Source: Pocillopora damicornis (taxonomy: Eukaryota). From it: 64,000 nt of DNA. Below, piece after piece: positions 52,625-64,000 of this stretch. Position 1 is the first letter of the stretch. Every line of letters begins with the position of its first letter. Under the pieces are notes generated by a model that did not search any database, was not told the DNA's origin, and saw nothing but the letters and a program-made list of their open reading frames with translations. A program made the translations under genes and the position numbers. The stretch is taken from contig NW_020847100.1 in assembly GCF_003704095.1 (NCBI RefSeq), positions 1-64,000 on the forward strand, written 5' to 3'.

Positions 52625-55600
52625 CTACACATACGTTGCGGTGATTTTCGCTTCTTTCGACCATTTCATGGCCCTGAAAATGTCTCTGAGCGCTGCAACA
52701 GTGGAAGTGTCTCTCTGGCCCCATTCCACAAGCATAGCCTCAGTTGCTGTTCTCCTATCCAAAGCAAAATTATTGATCTGGGTGCTGTTGAATTTGAGTC
52801 GTCCCCCCAACTGTTTCCATCTGTCTCCGGGATTTAAATATTGCGATAGATCCGTAATAAGGGTGTAAGGAGCGTCACGTAGCAATTTATCACCTGAATT
52901 GACAAAGAAATGAAAGTGGTATTACAATCAAGATAGTGAATTTGAAACCGACAAAGAAAGGCAATTCTCATGAAGACATAAAAAGGTCTCCTTTTACCAC
53001 AAAATCCCACATGAAAAATTTCTTTGTGGCTCAAGATTGAATAAAATAAGCTCTCACGCCCTCTGGTTGGAGGAGAAGTAGAAGGGGACGATCTTAGAGT
53101 TAAGTGAAGAAAGGCTTACATCCGCGAAAAAAATACGAATGATTAAAAACAAAGCTGTATAAAAAAAAAGCAACAACGAATAAAAACAAACGATGCCACA
53201 AACCTTGTCGTCCCCCAATACAGGGTAAAGAGGTGTAAGGATTTTCTACAGCTCCTACGACTTCGATTGAGTTTGATCTCGTACTCTGTTCCTCGCAAGA
53301 ATCTACTGAGATAAAACGCATATATAACCTTGATGACACGACTCTTTCACTTTACCAAAACGTTGAATAAACAATTGCGACCTTCAGTGCACTTCTCTAC
53401 GCAGCCTAGACTACGAGCAGTCTCTCTCATTAGGCAAATTATGTAACGCAAGTAAAAAAAACTTAAATGGAACTTTCGGAAAACTAGTTGTGTGACTCAC
53501 TCACAGAGTTCCGCGCGCCGCGCTAACATCAATAATTTTCCAATTATCCTTTTTATAAATTTTTTTTTTACTTTACACGACGGACTTCGCCGAAAAGTAG
53601 GAACTGCTCGTGGTTTAGCGCAGCGGGTTACCGATCTGTACCTCAAACATCGTTAAACAGCAAGAAAAGTTAATCATACCCGACTTGCCCCTGTTCTTTG
53701 GGCGTTTTCTGTTGCTCCGCCTCCTGCGCAAGACAAAAATGGCCACAACAATCATAACCAAAACCAGCAATGCGACCAGAGAGAACAAGATAGCCTGAAA
53801 GCTAGTTTCTTCCTCTTCCAAAGATTCATACTCTTTCTGCTTCCCCGTTACAGCCGTCGTAGACGATATAATCGCTGAAACAGAATTAGAAAGACGTGAG
53901 GATGGCGTCCAAGTTGCCTGAACCGCACCTTCTTCCCAGAGTCTCTCTTGTGTACCCACCCACTGAAACGTTTCAGGGGGGAGGGGGAGGAGAAAGGGAA
54001 GGGAGGGGACCCCAGTGACGAGGTTGTCCTTAGCCAGAGGGCACACAGTCACAAGGACTACCTTAAAGAAATTTTCACTACAATTTAGGGATTGCCTGTA
54101 CCTTACGGTGTGCCTTTTCATCGTTCCATTTTAAAATGTCACACATTTCATTGATAATCTCTAAAACTTTCTTATATTTTGGCGGTAAAATCGCATTCTC
54201 GACCACTGATGATAAATTTTTTTCCTTAAGTAACTCCCATGAGTGATCAAGACAGAATTTCTCCTCACAATATCAATACAATATCATCCAGATAAGTGAT
54301 GAGAATAAAGAAAAATATTAATTTGGGGATAATTAGTTGATCCAATACTAAATTCTCTGAACTAACATTATAAGAATTGAAAGAAATTCAGGCTTCGACG
54401 GGATTCAAACCCGTGCCTCCTCTCAGATACTAGTTGGGGGTTGGGGGCTACTACATGTCAACTAAGCTACGAAGCCGCACTTTGCGAGCTCAGTTCATTT
54501 CGTGGGTGTTCTTCTTTCCAGTGGAGGAATCTGATCAAAATTTTTGAGTGGTATTTATTTTATTAAAAATTATGCACCTAAGCGATTGTCTATAATTTTT
54601 TAAAGCAACCTATATCCAAAAAAAATTGATAAAGAGAGACTTACTGGAAAGAGTTGAAAAAGATTCAGATCCTGATGAAGATTTTGACGGCTCTTCCTTC
54701 GCTATCCGTGTATCACCATTAGTTCGTGGCTTTGATTTGGTGGGTACAAGTAAAAAAGGTTTCAGTTTCGAATTATTAAAATCTTTTTCCGGTGTGCACT
54801 TTGTGTTTCTTCTTCGTATGCAGGTTTCTTTAACAACCTCTCCCTTCTGACATTTGCTACATGGTTTACAAGCATCAAAGCCCTTGCCAACTGAGAATGT
54901 TTTTCCCTGATAAGAAAGAAAAGACAATTCACAAACTTGATTTGAAATCAGTAAAATTGGGCTGTTAGTATCTTTGTACCATGAATAAAAATAATTTTGA
55001 ATTTCATCTATGGGGAATTCTCTTAACAAAAACTTTGTCTTTTCTCGTCACAATGTTACTGAATAAGGTATCGATATTTGGAGGAGAAATTAGCAAAGGG
55101 CTCCGTATGAAACCTCAATGGCCGTATTTATTTGATATTGATCATTTCTAGTATCGCGTTTCACTGATCACTGAGGTCATCTGTATCGGACGTTTGTCTG
55201 TTTCATGGTTCTCGAATCTACTTTGACGTACTGCTTTTGAGACACGTGTCATTAAATATATTCGTCGTCCGCATATTTTGGTCGTCTAATTCTAATGCCG
55301 TCTTATTCTTCGTATCGGTAGAGTGTTTTTTTTTCATCGAGCGTCTCAAAGCCAAAAACTAAAGGAATCGCGCCGGCTAATATATTAGAGCGAAGGAAAA
55401 CGCCCTTAAGTGCCATAAAGAGCTCAAATTAATAACAGGCAGAAAAGTGCGGTTGAATAAGACGTCATCAGTTTCTGTTTTGAAAATGATTGGTTAAGTT
55501 TTTGAACCAATCATTGTGTGAAGTAGAGCAAAACCTAAGCGATAACTAATTATTTTTGACACTTGATTAAAGACGCGCTATCGAAGCTTCTGACGTATCC

Positions 55601-58600
55601 CACACATACTTAAGTCTCGAACGAATTTTCCTTCCGCAAAAATAAATGAAAAGAGACATATCTGCTAGGATACGTATTTCACTGGTCTTTCAATACATTG
55701 GAGACCCATCCGACTGATTAATACAACACGTGGCGCAACCGACTGATCATCAGCTCATTTTTAATCGCTATGACAACATATCGCTAAGGAAGCTACGGTC
55801 GTCTGGGTAGTAATCAGGTTAGCGTAATAAAATTTTTCTTTTAATTGGAATATAAGCTTTAAATAATCATTTCCTAGGATGAAAAAACATCAAAGAGGTA
55901 AGATTAAGCCTTTAACACCTGGGACTGATTGGCAGCTAATTTCTCCTCACAGCATCACAGCTGAATTAAACATTAGGGTCGTGAGAATAAAAAAATGATC
56001 GTGAACTGAAGAAGCTATTGACCGTTAAGCAAATTCTCTTTCTCGCTATCATAGGAAGTTGAGAGAGAACAGTGTGGAGAATATACGCACTGATCCAGTA
56101 GTGTAAAGGGTTAAACCAAAACGAAACAAGGATGGCTATGAATAGGGATGATTGCCAACGATTGCACTTGAAAAAACTTGAAAAACTCAAAAGTTTCGTT
56201 ATTCAAGATGAAAATATGGTAGCATCGGTCATTTAGGAAGAAGTTACAGGTAGATCAGAGTATTTTAGGACTTACCCTCTCACACCGTTCACAAACTGTG
56301 TTCGTCGTTGCTGTGCAATTTTTCACAAATCCATATCCTCGTTTACATGGCTGGCACTTGAGACAAATCAGAAATCCGTTAAAGTAGTGACCAGGCAGGC
56401 ACTCGCACTTCGTGTCCGAGGTAGGGGTACATGCTTTGACCATCACGTTGTTCCTACCCATACACCTTTTACACGTCGAACACATTCGTGCATTTTCGTG
56501 AGCCGAAAATGTACCATTTGGACACTTCTGACAAACCAAAGCAGTTGAATTAAGAAAGGTTCCTGGACCGCATCCCACGGCGATTGTCTGCGAAGAGAAA
56601 GTGAAATCAGTTCTTCCTTTTTTTTTTTTTTTTTTGAGGTTTTGCTGTTCCAGTCCTTGTAAGTTGGTTTATCATGACAGTATTGATAAAAAGGAATCCT
56701 CATAAAGCTATTTTTAATTTAATTCGATGGTGAAAATTTGACAATAAATACAAGTGACCAAGCCGTTTTTATGACCAAACAGGCCCCCTTTGACATCAAA
56801 ATCCCCACAACCCCTCCCTACTCAAACACATTTTCCGTTTCGTTAAGGGGAGGAGGAAAACTTGCTCAGGCCAGCTTTTGAGCCTGGTATTGTTGAGTTT
56901 CAGTTCAATTTGCGAGAGCCACCTAAGCAAGACATTCAAGACAATGCGTCTTAACTTTCCCCTCTCACAACACCGGCTGTCATATAATTCGCGACAACAC
57001 CAAACCGTGGAAAACTGGGATAGAGAACTTTGGCGATGTGACTAAGTTCCGTGATGCATGCAAATCCGGATCACGGGCAAATACAAAGGGGGCCCCATGT
57101 CAAAACAGTCTTTGACACTAACCGAAAATTTGGCAGAAATAAGTAAAGATAGTAAAAATTAAGGATTATTCCAAATTATGTTTTGACTTGCTACGCTTAA
57201 AATGCGATTACTTTGTCCATTGCTTAGCGTTCGTACTAAGTCTCGTCACGTTGTTAACGCACGTTCGACATTTATTTCTGCTAAAAGTGTCATTGTTCAA
57301 TCAAAATTTAAGGTCAGGAGAAAATGATAGAAGCCTTTTTATTGTGAATTAAAAATTTTAGGGAAACAGTAAATTTTTCTTCCTCTTCTTCACGTTTTCA
57401 CATGATAATGTATTTAATATTGTTAGGTGAAATCACTCATTTGTCAAGGAAGCTGCACCATACTGCCCGTTTTTTGTTTTTATGTTTTTTTATTTCTTTC
57501 TTTGGGTCTCTATTCGTTTGTGTTTGTTTTTTCGTTTTTGTTTTGTTCTGTGTTTTTTTGAATTTTTCTTCTTTGCAGGAGGAATAAGGAATTTTTTTTT
57601 ATCTTCACGTCATAATCAATCTTCAGACAACATCTAAAAGAACTCGCCGTTTACATCCCTCATGTTTACCGCAGTGAAGCACCACTCCAAGCAAGCCCAC
57701 ATTAATCGCAAATAATGAACCCTGAACGCCGCTTCTCACGTCAGATTTCAATGAAAAATTTAGTAAAACTTTACAACTAAAAGGCAAAAAATGGTGCTTT
57801 TCTTTTGAAACCCCTCTAATTTCCATGTAATTGTCATGATACTGAAAACATCTTAATTGAAGTCAGAAAAACACTGCACCGGGTCACGTCTTGGGGGTTC
57901 AAAGCAACTTTTCATTTGACCGCTCAGTTATGTTTTCTAATTTTGTTTACAGGGTTCATATGACATGTACTCTTCGACCTAGGAGGTAAAAAAAGTTATG
58001 ATGAAATATTTCACACCGAAGTGAAAGGTAAATTGCCCTTTACAGCGTTGCGTGCTTGACTTCATGCACGGGTAATTTACACAGACATCTCGGTAAATAA
58101 CACACGCGAATAATATCAGACGGCAAACAAACTAACCACTTCACGGTCTACGAAAGAGCAAAATTAACCGTCCAAAAAGGGTGTTTTATACTTAAATTAA
58201 GACGAAGTTTCAACGGAAGTCCACAAAACAGAACCCAGTTAAAATCCTCCCCGCTGAAATGAGCCCTAACATAGCGTGAGCTAGCACGAAAAGCCAATTA
58301 ATCGAGCTTGGCTTTATGTGGTTTCCGCCAACACTTAAGTCGGTTTACATTCTAATGTTTGGCGGAAAAAGGTACGAAAAAAGGTCCTCTCAACCGTTTT
58401 AACATGTGAAATAGACAACCAGTAAAATAATTAACATATCAGTGGAATAAAAAAGTTGATTTCGCTTTCCATTGTAAAAATAACGCCACAAATTCAAATG
58501 TTAGACAAGGACATTTCCTTCGTCGAAAAGGCGCTGACTGGGCAAAAAGATTTTGGCTGGTCACGAAATGTTTATCAAGCGCTGGATTCGAACGGGTGCA

Positions 58601-61600
58601 CCTCCTTTAAGCACAAAATACTTCTACATTTCAAACATGAACTGCAACAAAGTGAGAGGATAGAATGGTTTATCGCCTTGTACAGTGATAACATAAATCT
58701 CCACTTGAAATGCCAATTTCCCGCAGGATGAGCATGGTGAAGCAACACCAAGCCACAAACTTTACCTTTAACCTGAAAAAATGTTTCCTTGGCGATTTCC
58801 TTAACAAGAGTGGTTTCGTAATCTTAAATTATCTACAAACGCAAACAATATCTTCTGTTTACGATGAAAATTCACCAACACCTTGTTAACGTGCGGATTC
58901 ATTCAAAACCACTCGCATTAATAACTTGAACAAACATATCATGGCTGCTTTGGCGCCTGCGTCGAAATAACCAAATTTCGCGAAGCAAGTTATGTACCAC
59001 GGAAATTCGGAGTTTGAAAGAAGTTCTTCGCAGATTACCTCATAAGGAGAAACATTTAACTAAAACGCATCTGATAAGCTGAGCTTAACCTTAAATTTTC
59101 AGTTCAGATTTCTCCCTCGCTCACACTTGATATTTTTTTAAAAAGAACATGTGTAGGCGTATGACTTGTGCAATTTGACCGTACACACAATATTAGTAAT
59201 ACTGACCAAATTTTCTCGTTGGTCACCGCGATTGCGAACTAAATTCCTGTAGGAATAATTCTAAATTTCGCTTAAAAAATGCAATTCTGAAGAAAGCCCG
59301 ACATATCGCGCACGGATGAACATTTTATCAGTCGACTGAAAGTAAATGTGTTTACTACAAACGATGTCTTCTGTCGACATCATAATAAACACAAACAAAT
59401 ATAAAAAACGATCTCCAACCTGTACGCTGTGAAAACGTGAAAACGGCATTCCCTGTGATAATAAAACTACGCACCAAAGATACTCAAAGCTTCCAAAACC
59501 CATTTTGGGCTTTTTAACGACGGTGCAGAAGAAACGCAACTTTCCTGCTAGGCAATGCATGAGTTAATGTCAAGTTCGCCGGGCGTAATATGGGGCTATT
59601 GTTCCAGCACTGCCAATCATTTACTTAAAATGCGTCTTGACTTTCAATGTCGTGCTCAGGCATATTTGAAAAGACCACTGATAGAATTGTGCTGTAAAAA
59701 AGGTTTTAACTTTCTTTAAATCTATGTTCCATTTTTATCGCATCAGTTTCCGCCAAGAGTGTGTGTTAAAAATAGCATTATGTAAAGCAAGAACAATTTC
59801 CCATATTCACGTACCAAATACACAATTAGGAGCAAATTTAGCTCTCAATGAAAAAAGTTTCATTTCTTTTCCTTTCCACCGAAAATGTCTCAAGCCGAAA
59901 TGACAAGCCATTTTTCCACACATGTGTAGACAAACGCATCAAACAATTAGCTTAAAAGATAACAAATATTCGAGGGACGAAGTCCATTTTCTATGTAATT
60001 TATATTAAGCGACATTCAATTACAGAAAGAGACAGTTAGTCGCAACAATTCAAATGTTTACCATCTAAATTTCCGATTCTACCCACGAAGGTTTGAAAAA
60101 ATGCACCAAAAGGCAATACAGAAACGCCTTTTCCTTACTGAGGAGCGATTCATGCACGAGTGACGCCCTTTACTAACTTAAATATGGATATAATTTATTA
60201 TTGAGAATGAAAACTTCTGTTCTCAAAGATTCAAGACGATCCATACTTTTAACATAACATTTGCTACAAGAACAATAACGCATCATTATAGGAAAAACGA
60301 ATATGTAAAAATTCGGCTATAGAACATGTCGCCTTGAGTTCACATTTAAGTCACGTGCAATAAATTTCAGTAGAATTCAATTATTGTAAGTGAACATAAT
60401 TTGTCTTCTGTTCTCGAGTTAATACCCCTCAGTTGCCATCAGACCTCTTCGTAGAAAACAGAACTTATATTAATACTTATATCTTTAAGGAAAGTGCCAA
60501 AGGTAAAATATTTTCTTTGGCTACGAGCAATAATTAAAACCTATGAGCTATTTAAGATAAAATGTGACCCTTGTTCAGATAAGGGCCTGCCAGAAATAGG
60601 TCACGCAAGCATGTATCATTGCAAAATCTTACTTGAAATATTTTTAAGTGAGAAACATGGCATCTGGACCGAAAAAAATCAAGTGCACTATCCACTAAAT
60701 AATCTTCAAAGAAGTTCGTTTATTAGAAACAGAAAGCATTCTAATCGCAGCGCTGTAGACCGCGCGAAACACTATGGCGCTAGCTTTGTCTAGCAGATCA
60801 CGACATATTATTCAATCTGTTTGCTTTATATTGCTTTGGTACGAATTCGCGTTCAAGTAGTTAAAACATCATGCTAATTTTCTCCGTTTTCCTGTTTTGT
60901 TTTACAACATTTAGCATTACCTCCCCTATAAAGTGTTTATTTTCTTGTATTTGTGTCCGACAAAGCGTTAAGTAAGAAAGGAAATGTGTATAGTACGTGA
61001 TTTGTTCATGTGAGCTAAACAATATTACACTTGAAAGCGCTGTATGCGTCGTTTTACACGTACAACAAAGAGTTCTGTGAAGTGGTAAAACAGGCGACGA
61101 AAAACTGTGCGGGAGAAGAGTATTTAACCAAAATGCCGTTCCGATGGGAAATAGAGTTCCAGCTGTGTAAAACAAATCGAACGGTTTCCGGTCCTGAAAT
61201 CAGACCCGTCAAACACGCAACCCAATGAAGCTTTTATCTATATTGTATGCAGGGCTTTTTAATGAAAAAGCGCATTAAACAATTTTGAGTGGAAAATTGG
61301 TTTTAAAAAAATCTGTAAATTTGAAAGTACACATCGTTTCCTAGATTGCGATAGAACGATAGATCCGTAAGACTGAGCGATATTTCCGGCGAAAGGAAAC
61401 AGTTTGGAATTTTAATACATTCGCGATGGAATTTCCTTGACATCTTGTATTTAATCCATATCGACAACGATGCGTCTTTACTGAAGTAATGAATTACTAG
61501 ATTACGACGCGATTTAGTTTGTTTTGCCACTTCACCACTTGATAACATGGGAGCATTTTGCAAAAACGAAAGAGTTGTTTTCCTCGACGAAATTATCCCC

Positions 61601-63294
61601 CGAGGACTTAAGCCACCTTGGCTTTTGCAAATATTTTTGTCCATTTCAAAGAGCTGTTTTCGCCGACGAAAATGAATAACTCTAAGGCACCATTCCACAA
61701 GTACGCCTTACAGGTGAATTATTTCAACTATGCTGGTGCTGTTTTGTTGTAAATAAGGGTCGATTAGACCTTTCGATCTTTAGTAGCTCTCCCATCGCGA
61801 TTTCCACAGTCAAAATAATTGCGGTCTGCAATTTAGCTCATTTTGCCACGGGCATTGAACGCATGATGTTTTGTTTTACAACATATTTGCCAACATTAGA
61901 CTTACGACTGGCGCCCCGCAATACACGAGACTCACAGCAAGCTATATCTTCGTAAAAGAAAAAAAAAGGTAAACACGACACGCTCAATGCTCTGCTTTGT
62001 GCAATTTTCACTCGACTGACACCGCAAAGTGCAGCAATGAAAAGAATCTTAAATTTAATTGTGGTCTCTATTTATTGCGTATTGTTTTCGTGAGGCAAGT
62101 TTGAACAGATGCAGGGAGGAGGGTCAGTTTACAAGTCGCCCGAGCATACACACCGGCTAACACGAGCCGACAAAGAATGCTACTTACCATCATTTTAGAT
62201 GTTTAATTTGCCGAAAAGATACGAGAAAAAGAAAACACTCTTGAAATGGATTAAGAAACTCTAGCGAAGCCAAAAGTGCCGCCAACATTTAAGACGGCGT
62301 AATGCTAGCTAATGTGAATCAAGCGAAGTAAAGCGATTTGTCGAAATTTTGTCCGCAGGGCAAAGGCCCCAAATGAAGCGTTGTCAAACGCCTTTTCCTT
62401 TTCTGCTTTCGAGTAACGAGTATTGGGTTGCTTTGCCCGAGTGTTTTAGTCGCTGTTATGTTTTGCAGTCCAAACAAGTCGGATATTTGTATCTCGCAGT
62501 TGGTTTCAAACCACACAGCAATTAGTTGTACATTGATGGAACCGCGTTGAAAGTTAATTATTGCAAAACCCAAATCAAAACATATCTTCCAAAATAAACA
62601 ACGAATCTACTCAACGCGAACGAGAACTAGGAATTATATCCTAATTTAGCACAAATATCGAGTTCAAGACGGCTAGTCGCCTGGCGATAGCAGCTGTATT
62701 CGATTTTCGCATTCACATGGTGGTCTCCAGAACATATGATACGTGATACTTTGTTAAAAGCATGTGCTTGTGCGCTCTCTGAAGACACGAAAACTTCTCA
62801 GCGAAAGGAATAGGTGTAGAACCCACAGCTGAAACGACAATAGCGCAAGAATGAAGAATAAATCCCTCGTGAAAAGCTAGAGTGAGATGTGAATCGTGTC
62901 AATTTCCATTTGTATTGGAACTGTGTGTTGTCACGAGCATAAATAGCAACCAAAGGGAGATTTTATCATAATGCTTTCAAAAACATCCTATGATTATTCG
63001 CATCAAACAACCCCGTGAAAACATAATTTTTTGTGTCATTCATAGAACTAATCTGAACGCTAATGGCCCTGAAACGTTTCGAAAGCGACTCGGTCGTCCA
63101 ACGCCAAGACGATGAAATAAGCAAGGTAATCAAAACCATTCTAGATTTCATAGTGCGGACGCCTCGAAGCCAATATGATACGAAGAAATTGCTATGTTTT
63201 GTAGAAAACAACTTCAAAAAGATGAAGGACCTACCGTAATCAGCAAAGAGCTCCCGAAAATAGTCGCCAGAAGCGCGAGAGAGCGCGCTACCAT
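52625..63294 (-). CDS. TNF receptor superfamily member with death domain (p75NTR/NGFR-like)
   Basis: Signal exon 63294-63235 (MVARSLALLATIFGSSLLIT), CRD exons 56588-56276 and 54906-54645, TM exon 53874-53680, exon 53305-53204, and death-domain exon 52893-52625 (WKQLGGRL...AMLVEWGQ...TVAALRDIF). All intron phases are compatible. Confidence 0.88.
54379..54535 (-). mobile_element. tRNA-derived repeat/SINE abutting a truncated MITE
   Basis: The minus strand has cttcgtagcttagttg (A-box-like) and cacgggtttgaatcccgtcgaagc (B-box-like). It does not form a complete cloverleaf. Confidence 0.6.
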
Positions 63295-64000
63295 CTTTGG
63301 TCCCTCCTCGATCCGCGAAAATGCTAAGCTCGGCAATCTTTTGAAGGTCGACCCCACGTGAGTGTGTTCGGGTTTTTTTCCCTTCCATGTGACGTCACTG
63401 TTTATTTTTGTCATGCCTTGATTCCCATGGGTTCCCGCGACATTCTTGAAAGTCTCGTACATTAGAGGGATTTGGTAAAGAAACTTATTAATTGGATTAA
63501 CTTTATGTTAAGAGAGTAAACACCTCAAAGAATGATAGCAACGTATTGTTTTAGAGCCAGAGAATTATTTGAATTAATTTGTGACTGAAATGACAGGGAA
63601 AGGAAAAATCAAAAGTGGTTTTATTCGAGAATGGAGCAGATGTCATCGACCAGAGGCCCATCGCCGCTAATACTGCTCAATTGATAAGACCTACATTCAG
63701 GCAGACTCTTTTGAAAGAAAAAAAAGAACAAAATTATTCTTCTTCCAAGATCGGTTGAAAAAAAATAATGAATAACTGTTTATGTTTAGTGACCACCAAA
63801 GTTTTGAAGGTAAAAGATTACCGTCACAGAAAGTGGGGCCAAGGTAATCAAATGGATCGACAAGATACTTTAAGTGCCATATGCGGAAATAATTTAACTG
63901 GCAGAGAGTGATAAGCGCGTGATGGCCTCTTTACAGGCGCGCGAGATTGAAACGCCCTCCGAATCCTTTGATCAGTTCTTATTATACTGTTATATTCGCC

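Noticed and set aside
53875-54121. N-terminal half of the 168-aa ORF
   Set aside because: It is intronic. The phase-compatible acceptor is at 53875.
57623-57826. ORF with a hydrophobic end as a candidate TNFR signal exon
   Set aside because: Its phase and signal-peptide fit are worse than the exon at 63235-63294.
58320-58370. Hairpin ttccgccaa...ttggcggaa in the TNFR intron
   Set aside because: The stem is short and there is no other support for an ncRNA.

Overview
This is AT-rich, intron-containing animal DNA with N-gaps. The gene families and repeats point to a stony coral or related anthozoan (inference). Gene models were spliced by hand from GT-AG sites. In order: (1) two tandem secreted fibrinogen-related/USOMP5-like paralogs (-); (2) a type I membrane mucin-like glycoprotein (-); (3) ADAT3 (-) with an intronic tRNA-Glu(TTC); (4) four mARC/MOSC molybdoenzyme paralogs (+, + partial, -, +); (5) TMED10 (-) head-to-head with ATP6V1D (+); (6) ARPIN (-); (7) a death-domain TNF receptor, p75/NGFR-like (-). 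Introns carry TTAA-flanked piggyBac-type MITEs, tRNA-derived SINEs, an RTE LINE remnant, and a dispersed fold-back repeat whose consensus has a minimal hammerhead-ribozyme core. The best candidate for new biology is the mARC quartet. All four keep the Mo-ligating Cys but differ at nearly every substrate-pocket position. One of them may be an alternative 3' cassette that shares exons 1-2 with its neighbour. Exon boundaries are hand-derived and may be off by a few bases, and human residue numbers are recalled rather than aligned.
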